Notes: generated by a model from the letters alone, not told the origin. A stretch of DNA of 64,000 nt from Candidatus Woesearchaeota archaeon (GCA_964443565.1 CAYUCT010000002.1:2036-66035), one strand, 5' to 3'; counted from the first letter of the stretch, positions 1-10,434 are shown. Translations and numbers: made by a program.

Positions 1-7
1 AAAAGAA

Positions 8-1018
8 ATGATAAGAAAACCATTAAGAGAAAAGATAATGGAGATTAGCACAATTAAAGAAATTGAAGAAGCAACAAAAATTTCTGAGAAAGATTTAATC
101 CAAAATAAAGAATTTAACCCTTTTTCAATCTTGGAAATCGATACGATTTTAATTTCCCCTAGACATTTATATCGAATGCCTTATTCTTTGAATGAAAAAA
201 CAGGATTAGCGAGTATTTGCATAAAACCAGAACAGATAAATTCTTTCAAACCCGGGTGGGCATTTCCAGAAAGAGTTTTTCCAAAACCTTTTATGCCAAA
301 ACCAGAAGAGAATGAATCAAAAGAATTAATTCTTCAAGCATTAGATTGGGAAAAAACCAATAATGATTTTAAAAGAAGAATACTAAATCTTAATCCAAAC
401 CCAAATCAAATTAAAAGAGAATATTCTGAAATTTCTTTTTCAGAAGTTAAAGAAGATAACTTCCCTCCTTGCATAAAAAATATCCTTTCAGGGGTAAAAC
501 AAGATGGAAGAAAAAGAGCATTATTTGTTTTATTAAATTTTTTAAAATCTATAGGATATAATCATGAACAAATAACTGAAAAAATAAATGAATGGAACAA
601 AAAAAATTACAAACCACTAAAAGACACCTATCTAAGAACACAATTAGACTGGTTTTCACGACAAGCTAAAAGACTCCCACCAAATTGTAATTTGGAAGAA
701 TACTACAAAGGGATGAGTGTTTGCTATCCCGATGGTTTTTGTTCTAAAGTAAAAAATCCAATTAATTATTTTGTTTTTAAATCTCGAGCAATGATGGGGT
801 ATAAATATAAAAATGAGAATACAAAAAGACATCAAACAAATAATCTTAAATCTAAAAACTCTTTTCCTAAACCTAGTTATAGTTATAAATATAAAAAAGA
901 AGAAAAGTCAGAAAATAACGATGAAAAAAACAAAAAAATTACAAGAAAGAGAATATACGAAAAAAAAGATTTCGCAGAAGTCCCAAATTACCTAGATAAA
1001 AATTATGTTAAATATTAA
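8..1018 (+). CDS. priL: DNA primase large subunit (PriL) C-terminal Fe-S domain. ORF is open to the window start and probably 5'-truncated. K-rich low-complexity C-terminal tail.
   Basis: FPPCI motif followed by a second Cys (PPNC) and VCYPDGFC gives the four-Cys pattern of the PriL-CTD 4Fe-4S cluster. No stop codon between position 2 and the ATG at 8. Confidence 0.55.
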   Translation: MIRKPLREKIMEISTIKEIEEATKISEKDLIQNKEFNPFSILEIDTILISPRHLYRMPYSLNEKTGLASICIKPEQINSFKPGWAFPERVFPKPFMPKPEENESKELILQALDWEKTNNDFKRRILNLNPNPNQIKREYSEISFSEVKEDNFPPCIKNILSGVKQDGRKRALFVLLNFLKSIGYNHEQITEKINEWNKKNYKPLKDTYLRTQLDWFSRQAKRLPPNCNLEEYYKGMSVCYPDGFCSKVKNPINYFVFKSRAMMGYKYKNENTKRHQTNNLKSKNSFPKPSYSYKYKKEEKSENNDEKNKKITRKRIYEKKDFAEVPNYLDKNYVKY

Positions 1019-1120
1019 ATTTAAACTCCACCATATACTAATATATAACTAAATATAACTAAAGATAGATTATTAGATAGATTACTATGTTAATTTGATG
1101 ATATAATCAAAAGCGAAACT

Positions 1121-1130
1121 ATTTTAAATA
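1121..1130 (+). promoter_or_regulatory. TATA-like box (ATTTTAAATA) 20-30 bp upstream of the ATG at 1150; would give a leaderless or short-leader transcript.
   Basis: Archaeal TATA consensus TTTAWATA seen by eye. Short direct repeats (ATAACTAA twice, TAGATTAT/TAGATAGATTA) lie just upstream at 1040-1085. Confidence 0.25.
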
Positions 1131-1149
1131 CCTATAAATTAAATTAAAC

Positions 1150-3654
1150 ATGAAAAAGAGAGAGGGAAATGGATTTATTTTAAAATCAATTTTAATTACT
1201 ATTCTTATTTTAATTATTAGTTCTGTTTTTTTAAATTTTCAACTCGTGAATGCCCAAACAATTGATTTTACAGATAAAGAAAAAATAGAACAATCTTATT
1301 CGTGGTTAGAGTATTCTGTAGGAAATTTTCAAAATTTAACGGTTAAAGATCATGCATTTGCTACATTAGCATTATCTTGTAGAACAAAAGGAACAGAAGC
1401 AATAACAAGATTAAAAGATAAAAGCATTTCAAATTCATTATTTCAATGCTGGGGTGCTGAAACAAAGAAGCCTGCTTCAATTTCAGATTGTGAAACATTA
1501 AGTACTTCTATTGCAAGATTAGCATTAAAGGGAGAAAATTTAACGAGAGTAGATTCTTGGATATTAAATCAAAGCAAATTTTTTTCAGATATAAGCTGGT
1601 TTATTCAAATTGACACTGAAAGAGACTATTCAATGAATTGTTCTATTTTATATGAAGGCGGCGAAGCAGAAATTATAGTAAATGAAGATAAAACAATTAA
1701 TTTTACAAAAATTGAAGGTTCTTGCTTATCTATTTATACTTCTCCTTATTGGCTGAAAATTAATCAAGGTTGCAATAATAAGGAAATGGAATTTAAAATA
1801 AAATGTGATATTAACAATGACAGTTCAAAAGATTTTAGAGTTTCTTTGCTTTACAAAAAAGAACTTTCAACTAGTTCTTCTTCTACTTGGTATATTGATC
1901 CAAATGTTGAAACTTCAATTTCAGGAGATACTGCTACAATCACAACCGGGGCGTATTGTTTAAAGAAAAATAGTTTATCCACTTCTTGTGATTATGAGAC
2001 AACTGCATGGGCGACATATGCATTAAAAGAAGCAGGAAATGAAAATTACAAAAAATTTATCCCATACTTAGTTATGTTATCAAATGAAGGAGAAAATTTA
2101 AAATATTTCCCACAGACATTTTTATATTTAATAACTCAATCAACAGAATATTCTTCAGAAATTTCAGAAATGCAAGAACCAAATGGCTTCTGGTGTGCTA
2201 TTGCAAAATTAATTACCGGAAAATCATGCTCAGATACACCATACGGACAATTTTATGATACTGCATTGGCGGGATTAACAGAACAAGGAAGATTAGGAAC
2301 AGAAAAGAATGGCGCAAGATATTATTTAACAAATTATTCAGATGGAAAAACATTTATTTCAACAAAAGTTTCAGGTAAGGATTATAAATATTGGAAATGC
2401 GCAGAAAATGGATGCTCCTCAATAAGAGATACTGCAATTTTACTTTGGGTATTTTGGAATAGCAATTATTGTTCTGGGGATTCTCAAAGTTGTTTAACAT
2501 ATGATGGAACTTGCAAAACATTTTGCGATTCTGGAGAAGAACCTATTGATACCTTAAGTTGTGATTACTCCGGAGAAGTTTGTTGTCTTAGTTCATCATT
2601 AAGCACTTGCGAAGGAATTGGAGGAGTATGCAAATCCGGTTGCGATTCAGGAGAATCTGAATTAATTGTTCCTTGCTCAAACGGAAATTTATGCTGCAAA
2701 TTATCTTTAAATTCTTATTGTGAAAGCGAATTAGGGGGAAGATTATGTAGTAACGAAGAAACATGCAATGGAAACAATTTAGAAAGTACAGACAACTATT
2801 ATGGGAATCAATGCTGCGATGGAACTTGCATTCCAAGCGGAACAGACGAAGATACCTGCTATACTTTAGGGGGAAATACTTGTTCTTCGACAGAAATTTG
2901 TGTTGATTCAAATGATTGGAGTGAAATACAATTTATTTCAACCAAGGATACAGACAGATGCTGTTATAGCGATTATAGCCTTCCTCGATGTGTATCTCAA
3001 GATACTTGCGAAGAGATGGATGGTCAAGTTTGTGGTAGAGATTCTTCTTGTTCTGTAGACGTAGAATACTCTAAAGATGAAGCAGAATGCTGTACTGGTG
3101 AATGCTTAAAATCATGTAGTGCACTTGATGGATTTATTTGCGGAACCGCAGAAGTTTGTTCAACAGGACAATATACTGATTCTTCGGATAGAAGATGCTG
3201 TGTCGGCAAATGTAAAAAAGAAACAAATCTTGCATGGCTATGGATTTTGTTAATTATATTATTATTAATTGGTGGATTTTTATTATATTGGTTTAAATTT
3301 AGAAAATCAAAAGAGGGAGACACAAAAAAATTAAAAAATCCATTTAAAAATTTATTCAAAAAAACAAATAATCCAAATCAATTAAAAACACAAACACCTT
3401 ACGGACTCCCACCACAAAGAACATTTGGGCAATATCCGCCAGTCCAACCAATACAGCCAACAAGATATCCTCAACCAACAAAAAGTTATTCTCCTACTCC
3501 AAGAATAAATCAAAATATCATTCTTAGCCCACAACCAGTTTCTGCTCCTCAAAAAAACTCTTTAGAAAACAAAAAAACCAAAACAGATTTAGAATTAGAA
3601 AAAACATTAAATAAACTAAAAAAGATGACTAGGGAAACTAAAAAGAAAAAATAA
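1150..3654 (+). CDS. Large secreted/anchored surface protein with an N-terminal signal peptide, six tandem ~38-aa Cys-rich modules (C-x5-G-x-C-x3-C...CC-x-G-x-C), a single TM anchor, and a ~140-aa Pro/Gln-rich tail after the TM.
   Basis: Hydrophobic N-terminus ending VNAQT. Repeated Cys pattern across aa ~440-700. TM LAWLWILLIILLLIGGFLLYWF followed by KFRK. PQ-rich tail. Many NxS/T sequons. Confidence 0.6.
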   Translation: MKKREGNGFILKSILITILILIISSVFLNFQLVNAQTIDFTDKEKIEQSYSWLEYSVGNFQNLTVKDHAFATLALSCRTKGTEAITRLKDKSISNSLFQCWGAETKKPASISDCETLSTSIARLALKGENLTRVDSWILNQSKFFSDISWFIQIDTERDYSMNCSILYEGGEAEIIVNEDKTINFTKIEGSCLSIYTSPYWLKINQGCNNKEMEFKIKCDINNDSSKDFRVSLLYKKELSTSSSSTWYIDPNVETSISGDTATITTGAYCLKKNSLSTSCDYETTAWATYALKEAGNENYKKFIPYLVMLSNEGENLKYFPQTFLYLITQSTEYSSEISEMQEPNGFWCAIAKLITGKSCSDTPYGQFYDTALAGLTEQGRLGTEKNGARYYLTNYSDGKTFISTKVSGKDYKYWKCAENGCSSIRDTAILLWVFWNSNYCSGDSQSCLTYDGTCKTFCDSGEEPIDTLSCDYSGEVCCLSSSLSTCEGIGGVCKSGCDSGESELIVPCSNGNLCCKLSLNSYCESELGGRLCSNEETCNGNNLESTDNYYGNQCCDGTCIPSGTDEDTCYTLGGNTCSSTEICVDSNDWSEIQFISTKDTDRCCYSDYSLPRCVSQDTCEEMDGQVCGRDSSCSVDVEYSKDEAECCTGECLKSCSALDGFICGTAEVCSTGQYTDSSDRRCCVGKCKKETNLAWLWILLIILLLIGGFLLYWFKFRKSKEGDTKKLKNPFKNLFKKTNNPNQLKTQTPYGLPPQRTFGQYPPVQPIQPTRYPQPTKSYSPTPRINQNIILSPQPVSAPQKNSLENKKTKTDLELEKTLNKLKKMTRETKKKK

Positions 3655-3736
3655 TTTGGTTAGAATTTTATAATTTTAAAGGGCAAATAATTAAATATAA
3701 ACAGATAATCTAAAACATTTAGAAATCTAATTTAAA

Positions 3737-6124
3737 ATGAAATTTGAAACATTAAAAAAAAGAAAAAATTTAACATTATTCATTCTTTTGTTCTTTTCAT
3801 TTACTTCGATTATCCTTCTTGAAAATGTTAAAGCAGAATGTATTGAAATATACCCTTCACAAATAGAATATTTACCTCAAGAAACATTTCAAGCAGAAAT
3901 ATTTTCTCAAGCAGACATAGAAATTTTAAGAAAGGATGTTTTTCTTTTTTTAGACAATTCTCAAATGTATTCAAATTTTAATATTCTAAAAATTGATGAA
4001 AATAAATATTTTTTATTTTTTGATCTACCAAAATATTCAGGGAATTATGAATTACGAATTAAAACTTACTGCTCGGGAAATTTAAAAACATTTCAAAAAG
4101 ATATTTTAGTAAAAGAACCCATAGAAAATTTTTATAATTATATCAAAGAAGAGGTTTATTCAAATTTAGATTCGGTTTCTTTAGAACAATTAATTTTTTT
4201 AGGAAAAATTTTTGATTATGATCTAGAATTTCATGAAAAATTATATGGGGAATATCTAAAGAGAAAAGAAAATTGCTTATCTTCAGAATGCAAAACAGAG
4301 TTTTTATCATTAACAGGAATATCTTTTCCAGAAACAAAAACAGAAGTTTATAAAAAATTAAATCAATCAATAAATTTAATTAATGGGGAATGGAAATTAA
4401 TTATCCCAGAGAATTATTCTTTATGCAATTTAAGTATAAATAAAAAAAATGTTTCATTAAATTCAAATCAACAATTCTTAAATTTGAACGAGTATATCAA
4501 TGAGACCAACATCGCCATTGAGGTGTACTGTAGTGATAATCAAAAAATAGTATTGAATAATTTTTTTAACAGTGCAATTAAAACATTTTATTTAAAACAA
4601 GAAAATATTGGAGAGATTTATAAAAATATTCTAAATTTAGAAAACAATCTTTGCTGGGGAAATTATTCCAATGAAGAATGCAATATTTTGAGCACACTTT
4701 ATGCGGAAATTTTCTTAAAACAAGAAAACAAACTTAAAGAAGAAACAAATAGATGGTTATATTCAAAACAAGAAGAGATGAATAATCAACAAAAATTAAT
4801 TCTTGGGTTAATAAGTAATAACCTTTCTTTGATTGAAAAGGTAATGCTTTCTCAATCAATCGATGGTTGGATCCCTGAAAGCAATATATACTACAAAGAA
4901 GATGTTCTTGCTACTGCTCTTTTGATTAATTCATTAAAAGAAAATCAAAATAATTTATATTCTCAAGAAAATAAAAATGCAAAAGAATATTTAAGAAAAA
5001 AATTCTACAATACTCCTATTTTAACTAAAGAAAGAATTTTATTTTTTGCTTTTACAAAAGATGAAATAGAACCAATTATTTCTTTTTATCCAGGAATAAT
5101 TTTTACAAAAAGTCAGGAAAGTATAGAATTTTCAATAAAAAATAATGGTCTTTTAAATAGAACCATTCTTCTTTCTTTTTTAAACAAAACAACAGAATAT
5201 AATCTTTCTTCAAAGGAAACAAAAAACATTAAAATTAATCTTCCATTTATTGGAACAAAAGATGAAAAGGTCATAAAGGAAAATACAATTATCTCATTTT
5301 TAGATAATCAAAAAACAATTTATTTGCCAATCTTAATTCAAACAGAATTTTCTAATGAAAACACAAACATTGAAAGTTTGAATTATTCTTCTGAAGAATT
5401 TGAAGGGGAAATTAATTCTTCTCAACAAAATATCAATTACTCTGAAATTGATGTAGATTTAGTTGATAAAAACTTTTATTTTAATATTAAAAATATCTCC
5501 GAAAATTTAACAGATGATGTTACAAAAGAAATAGTCATTAAACTAAAAAATAATTTTGATGAGGAGATAGAAAATATTGAAATCATTCCTTCTTCTTCAT
5601 TAATTTCATTACAAATAGAAATAACTCCTTCTTCAATCTCAAAACTTGGTGCGAGGGCAGAAAAAGAAATTAAATTAATTTTTGATGCTTCACAATCAAT
5701 TTCTTCAAAAACATATACTGGAGAATTTGTTGTAAAAGGGTATATTCATGAGCAAAAAGTGGAGATAAATCTTCCAATAATCTTAAATGTTCAATTACAA
5801 GAAGAAGATAAAACTTGTGCACAATTAAATGGAAAAGAATGTGGAAGTGAAGAAAAGTGTAATGGGAAAATCGAAATTTCTTCTGATGTTTCTATATGCT
5901 GTATTGGAACATGCGAAAGTAATGTAAAAAATAATTCAGTTATTGGTTTTGTTATCTTTTTTATTTTGCTTTTGCTACTTGTTGGATTATTTTTTGTTTT
6001 TAGAAAAAAACCAAAAAAAGAAATGAATGAATTTATGAAAGAAGCAGAAAAAAGATATTCGTCCGCATTTAAAAAACCAAAAACGACAGTTAATCCTCAA
6101 GAAAATAATGAACAAATAAAATAA
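3737..6124 (+). CDS. Secreted/anchored surface protein with signal peptide, many N-glycosylation sequons, one copy of the same Cys-rich membrane-proximal module, and a C-terminal TM anchor with a K-rich tail.
   Basis: Signal-like N-terminus (LFILLFFSFTSIILLENVKA). CAQLNGKECGSEEKCNGK...ICCIGTCE module immediately before the TM VIGFVIFFILLLLLVGLFFVF and RKKPKK. Confidence 0.55.
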   Translation: MKFETLKKRKNLTLFILLFFSFTSIILLENVKAECIEIYPSQIEYLPQETFQAEIFSQADIEILRKDVFLFLDNSQMYSNFNILKIDENKYFLFFDLPKYSGNYELRIKTYCSGNLKTFQKDILVKEPIENFYNYIKEEVYSNLDSVSLEQLIFLGKIFDYDLEFHEKLYGEYLKRKENCLSSECKTEFLSLTGISFPETKTEVYKKLNQSINLINGEWKLIIPENYSLCNLSINKKNVSLNSNQQFLNLNEYINETNIAIEVYCSDNQKIVLNNFFNSAIKTFYLKQENIGEIYKNILNLENNLCWGNYSNEECNILSTLYAEIFLKQENKLKEETNRWLYSKQEEMNNQQKLILGLISNNLSLIEKVMLSQSIDGWIPESNIYYKEDVLATALLINSLKENQNNLYSQENKNAKEYLRKKFYNTPILTKERILFFAFTKDEIEPIISFYPGIIFTKSQESIEFSIKNNGLLNRTILLSFLNKTTEYNLSSKETKNIKINLPFIGTKDEKVIKENTIISFLDNQKTIYLPILIQTEFSNENTNIESLNYSSEEFEGEINSSQQNINYSEIDVDLVDKNFYFNIKNISENLTDDVTKEIVIKLKNNFDEEIENIEIIPSSSLISLQIEITPSSISKLGARAEKEIKLIFDASQSISSKTYTGEFVVKGYIHEQKVEINLPIILNVQLQEEDKTCAQLNGKECGSEEKCNGKIEISSDVSICCIGTCESNVKNNSVIGFVIFFILLLLLVGLFFVFRKKPKKEMNEFMKEAEKRYSSAFKKPKTTVNPQENNEQIK

Positions 6125-6133
6125 ATTTTATTT

Positions 6134-6592
6134 CTATTTATCTTTTAATTTTTCTTGAACTTCTTTCAGTTTATTAAAGATTATTTGTTTTTCCATATTT
6201 GCTTGCTTCAATAAAGCGTCATATCTGTGTAATTTTGATGCAGAATCATTTAAAAGATTGTTTAAATCATTCAATTTAAAACTAAAAGACGTTGGTTCAA
6301 TTATTTCAATTGAAGAAGGCATATAATCATAAACAAATTCCATTGCTTTTGTTGGACTTTCGAGAAGTACTTCAATTTCTAAAAATGAAGAAAATAATTC
6401 TTTATCTTCAACAGGTATTGCTTCATTTATTTTTTCAGAAAGTAAAATTAATTTTTTGTCTTGTTTTAAAAAGTCTACTAATTTATTTAATGCTTCAATA
6501 ATATGCTCTTTTGGTCTTCCAATAATCTCAAAAATAATACTTGCCTTTACCCATCCCTTAGATATTTTTTCTTTAATTTCTTTCTTTTCCAT
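6134..6592 (-). CDS. Hypothetical cytoplasmic protein (152 aa) with a coiled-coil-like C-terminus.
   Basis: Intact ORF with a tight fit between flanking genes. No recognisable motif. Confidence 0.4.
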   Translation of the reverse strand: MEKKEIKEKISKGWVKASIIFEIIGRPKEHIIEALNKLVDFLKQDKKLILLSEKINEAIPVEDKELFSSFLEIEVLLESPTKAMEFVYDYMPSSIEIIEPTSFSFKLNDLNNLLNDSASKLHRYDALLKQANMEKQIIFNKLKEVQEKLKDK

Positions 6593-6672
6593 TTTTATAA
6601 GAAATAATCCTTCCTTTTAAATCTTTTTTTAAATATTTTTTATATCCTCCAGAGTAATTAATAATATTTTGG

Positions 6673-8388
6673 TTACATCTTTTTGATTATTAAATAAATA
6701 CAAAAAAGCATAGCAAAAGTAGAAAATAGGTAAGGGAGAGTATTAAGTAATAAAGATTTAATTGAAAGAATTTCCGAAAAAGATAATTTGGGAGATTTTT
6801 CTTTAATCTCGTCAGAAAGAAGATTAGATTCTAATAAACTTAAAGTTATATTTTCTTCTGGTTTTTCTAAATAAATTGAATATGTAAACTCTTTGGGTGT
6901 TTTTAATCCTTCTTTTAATATTTTTATTTTTAAATTATATTCTCCAGATTCTGCTTCATTTACTTGATTATCTAAAATAATTTCGTTCTCTGAATTTGGT
7001 TCTAAAAGAATTTCTTGCATATTCTCCTCTCTTTCAAGAATACAAGAATAACATTTTGAAGAACGGTAAATATAACTCCATACCTGAAAACTTTTTTCCA
7101 AATTTTCGTGATTTATAATCTTAATTTTAGAAATTATCTTTTCCCCCAATAATATGGACTCCGGGGGTTCTATAATATACTCTTCTTTTTGATTAGAAAT
7201 TTCTTCGAAGGATTCACATTTTTCTATTTCAATTTTTTGATTTTCATTCTGATCTAATCCTTCTAAGATGAGATAATAATATCCTGAATCATTTAAACAA
7301 TTTAATTCTAAATTAATATCAAAATAATAATCTTTAAATTTAGACAGAGAAGAAGAATTTCCTGCATGAACAGTTATTTTCTCACTAACCTTATTTGATT
7401 CATCATCTATAGCATAAATATAAACCGCATATTTGTTTGTATCCCCTTTATAAACATGAAAAGAGATGTCCAATTTATCTCCAAAATTTGGGTTTTTTGG
7501 ATAATCTAAAAATTCTAAAAAAGATTCTTCGGAAATATTTTCCTCTTCTTGATTTATCGTACCATTTAAAACAATCAATGAAAACTGCGGCGTTTCGTAT
7601 AAACTGTTTGTAATATTTGTTTTTCTTATTTTAGACGAGAAAAATACTTTCCCAACATAATCTGAATTAATTTTAATCCTAAAGGAATAAATAAAATTAG
7701 GGGCGTTTATTAAAACTTCTTCGTTGTAATAATTTGGAGAATGCCAATCTTCTAACAATGGATTATACACTTCTCCGATGTTTTTTCCATTTATATCTTG
7801 AACAAGCAATTTTAAATCATAATATCCATTTGAAAAATTAATTATCTCAACCACCACCTCAAATTCGGTTCCATTATTATATACCTCGAAGGGATATTCC
7901 TTAATATTTATTATCGAAGAAGTGGTTTCATTAGTTTCATTCTCTTGATTACTTAATGAACAATTATTTTCAAAACCGGGGGTGGGAAATGATTGAACAA
8001 AAGAAAAACCGCCATCCGGACATCGAGAATAAGAAAAACCAGCATCAACATTATCATAAGTTATTTCATCTATAAGACTGTTATTTGGGTTATAAAGATA
8101 AATTGTATCTCCACTATTGTTTAATCTATTTGAAAAATATATGATATTAAAATTTTTTCCTAAAATTATAGAAGAAATATTTTTAATATTTCCTGCTAAA
8201 TCTTTAATATACCAATTAGTAATATTAATTGTATCTTCTTGGGGGTTATATAATTCAACCCAATCTCCTGAACTGTTTGATTCATTATTATACATTATTT
8301 CATTTATCAAAATTTCAGAAGAAACAAAATTAGCAATAAAGGAAAGAAAAAAAATTAAGAAAATGCAATAATAAAATGTACACTTCAT
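6673..8388 (-). CDS. Lamin-tail-domain (LTD) surface protein with signal peptide, N-terminal LTD, a long Asn-rich beta region and a C-terminal TM anchor.
   Basis: ILINEIMYN...GDWVELYNP...GDTIYLYNP matches the LTD signature (INEv.yNp / EwVELyN / gDti.L). Signal-like N-terminus. C-terminal LPYLFSTFAMLFCIYLIIKKM. Confidence 0.7.
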   Translation of the reverse strand: MKCTFYYCIFLIFFLSFIANFVSSEILINEIMYNNESNSSGDWVELYNPQEDTINITNWYIKDLAGNIKNISSIILGKNFNIIYFSNRLNNSGDTIYLYNPNNSLIDEITYDNVDAGFSYSRCPDGGFSFVQSFPTPGFENNCSLSNQENETNETTSSIINIKEYPFEVYNNGTEFEVVVEIINFSNGYYDLKLLVQDINGKNIGEVYNPLLEDWHSPNYYNEEVLINAPNFIYSFRIKINSDYVGKVFFSSKIRKTNITNSLYETPQFSLIVLNGTINQEEENISEESFLEFLDYPKNPNFGDKLDISFHVYKGDTNKYAVYIYAIDDESNKVSEKITVHAGNSSSLSKFKDYYFDINLELNCLNDSGYYYLILEGLDQNENQKIEIEKCESFEEISNQKEEYIIEPPESILLGEKIISKIKIINHENLEKSFQVWSYIYRSSKCYSCILEREENMQEILLEPNSENEIILDNQVNEAESGEYNLKIKILKEGLKTPKEFTYSIYLEKPEENITLSLLESNLLSDEIKEKSPKLSFSEILSIKSLLLNTLPYLFSTFAMLFCIYLIIKKM

Positions 8389-8530
8389 AATATATATTGG
8401 AATATATATTTTATAAAACTTATGTTTATTGAGGATACTTTTATAAAAAGGTTTATAAACCGAATAATTATTTCTTTTAATACCGAATTAGTTATCTCGG
8501 TTGTAGGTAAAGCAAAAGGCAAAAGGGAAA

Positions 8531-10411
8531 ATGATGAAAATATACAATAAAGTTGGAAGAACTTTGAGTACTCTATTAGCCGCATCAACATTCTATTTTA
8601 CACAACCGATTAAATTAAATGCAACAATCCCAGAAAACGAAATAATTACATATTCTGAACAAAAAGATACCTCTAATGTTAAAGGAGAAGAATTAGAAAC
8701 ACTTTATGTTGTTCCTAATAAAGATATAACTGATTTAAATTCTGAAACCAAACCTCAAATAAAAGAAAAAATTAATCTTGGCGAGGGAGTTGTTTATCCA
8801 AAACCAATTACCCTTTCATATTCGACAAAGGATTTATCCTTATCTAAAGAAGATAAAGAAAATGAATTTGATGAATTGAATGAATTTGAAAAGAAAACAA
8901 TTGCTAACGCCTTAAAAAGCTGTTTTAAGAATTATATCAATCTCATTTCCGAAGGGAGCGATTCAGAAGGAAAAAATAAAATTTCTACTTTGGGAGCATT
9001 TCAAAATAATTCAAAATTTATGAATAAACCATTTGAATATGGATTGATGTTAAATTTAGGATTAGATATGTTCAAAAAAAATCATTCTGATTTTCAAATT
9101 GGTGCCGGGACATATATTGGATTGGACAATCATATCATCCCTGTTTCTTGTGATTTTAATTCTGAAAATGATAAAAAAGAAATTCAAAATGAAAATTATG
9201 CTCAAACAACTCAGGAAAGAGAAGATGGAATATCAAGAAGTGATAACTACTCTTTAGATAGTCTTGAAACAAAAATAGATGGAATTAATAATCACTTCGG
9301 TTTTGGATATGTTAAAAATTTTAAAGAAGAAAATTTAGAAATTGCTTGGGGTTATGGAAATTCAAAAAATATATACTCTGAAAAATTAGTACAAAAAACA
9401 AAAGATATTGAAACCATTTTAGACTCTTCAAGAATAGAAGATAATGGAATACCCATAACTATAAACACTGATTTGAGAAGTGAAACAAACACCCAAACAG
9501 AAAATGAAATAAATAATAATGTGTTATATCAAAATTTTTCTTTAAATTTAAAAAAACAAATTAATCAATTTTTAAATGGATTAAATATAAAATACCAAAT
9601 TATAGACAACAAAACAAGAAATTATCTTTCAATTGATACTGAAAATAAAACAACCGGAACAACGATTGTGAATATAAATGATGATCCAAATGGAAACACG
9701 ATAATTCCAATTAATTCAACATCCCAAACTTATTCACAATATGCTGATTCATCTATTCAAAAAACAAGCGGTATTAAGATAGGTTATTCTCTTGAAACAA
9801 TTTTATCTAAAAATAAAAATCTTCTTACATCTATTGGATATAATTCGATAGAAAAAACATTTAATGGTGGAATTGGATTTGGCGGACAATTTTATAATTC
9901 AAAATTAGATAAACAATTTGTTGGGGGATTGGGAATTGAAGGAGATAAAAACAATCTTGGAATTGAAGGTTATTTATTTATGGATAATGGAAAAGGAAAA
10001 AATAAAAATTCAGAAAAAGGAGATTATACTCAAAGTATAATTAAAAATTATAATCAACAAGTTAAAAATATTGAAGGAGGTGATATTTTAAGCGAAAAAC
10101 AAAAAGAACATGCTTTGGAAATGTCAAAGATAGAACTTATGCAAGGTTTAGGATTAAAAGGAGAAAATTATGGATTTTTAATAAAATATCAAAAACTTGG
10201 AGAAAATTCACCTGTATTTTCTGTAGAAGGAATTTATGCTAATGAAGAATATTTTATTGGTGCAAAAGTAGGAACAGATTATCTTGGAGCTAGTTTTGGA
10301 TTACCAAAAAAAGAATTTTCACCGTCATTTAAGCTTGGATATATCCATCCTCGAGACAATCAAAATAACTTAAAAAGTGCAATTAAATTTGGCGGGTCTA
10401 TAAAATTTTAA
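8531..10411 (+). CDS. Secreted Gly/Asn-rich beta-rich protein (626 aa) with a signal peptide and a C-terminal ...AIKFGGSIKF alternating-hydrophobic strand ending in Phe.
   Basis: n-region, hydrophobic region and LNA cleavage-like site. Many G-x-G and aromatic-alternating segments. Terminal Phe with alternating I/F pattern. Confidence 0.5.
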   Translation: MMKIYNKVGRTLSTLLAASTFYFTQPIKLNATIPENEIITYSEQKDTSNVKGEELETLYVVPNKDITDLNSETKPQIKEKINLGEGVVYPKPITLSYSTKDLSLSKEDKENEFDELNEFEKKTIANALKSCFKNYINLISEGSDSEGKNKISTLGAFQNNSKFMNKPFEYGLMLNLGLDMFKKNHSDFQIGAGTYIGLDNHIIPVSCDFNSENDKKEIQNENYAQTTQEREDGISRSDNYSLDSLETKIDGINNHFGFGYVKNFKEENLEIAWGYGNSKNIYSEKLVQKTKDIETILDSSRIEDNGIPITINTDLRSETNTQTENEINNNVLYQNFSLNLKKQINQFLNGLNIKYQIIDNKTRNYLSIDTENKTTGTTIVNINDDPNGNTIIPINSTSQTYSQYADSSIQKTSGIKIGYSLETILSKNKNLLTSIGYNSIEKTFNGGIGFGGQFYNSKLDKQFVGGLGIEGDKNNLGIEGYLFMDNGKGKNKNSEKGDYTQSIIKNYNQQVKNIEGGDILSEKQKEHALEMSKIELMQGLGLKGENYGFLIKYQKLGENSPVFSVEGIYANEEYFIGAKVGTDYLGASFGLPKKEFSPSFKLGYIHPRDNQNNLKSAIKFGGSIKF

Positions 10412-10434
10412 AAATATAAAATATTAAAAATAAA

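Noticed and set aside
813-995. 60-aa K-rich ORF nested in the primase gene in another frame
   Set aside because: Lysine-rich frame created by the A-rich sequence. Nested and has no independent support.
2588-3359. Two minus-strand ORFs (107 and 111 aa) inside the 834-aa surface-protein gene
   Set aside because: Antisense to a strongly supported, motif-rich CDS.
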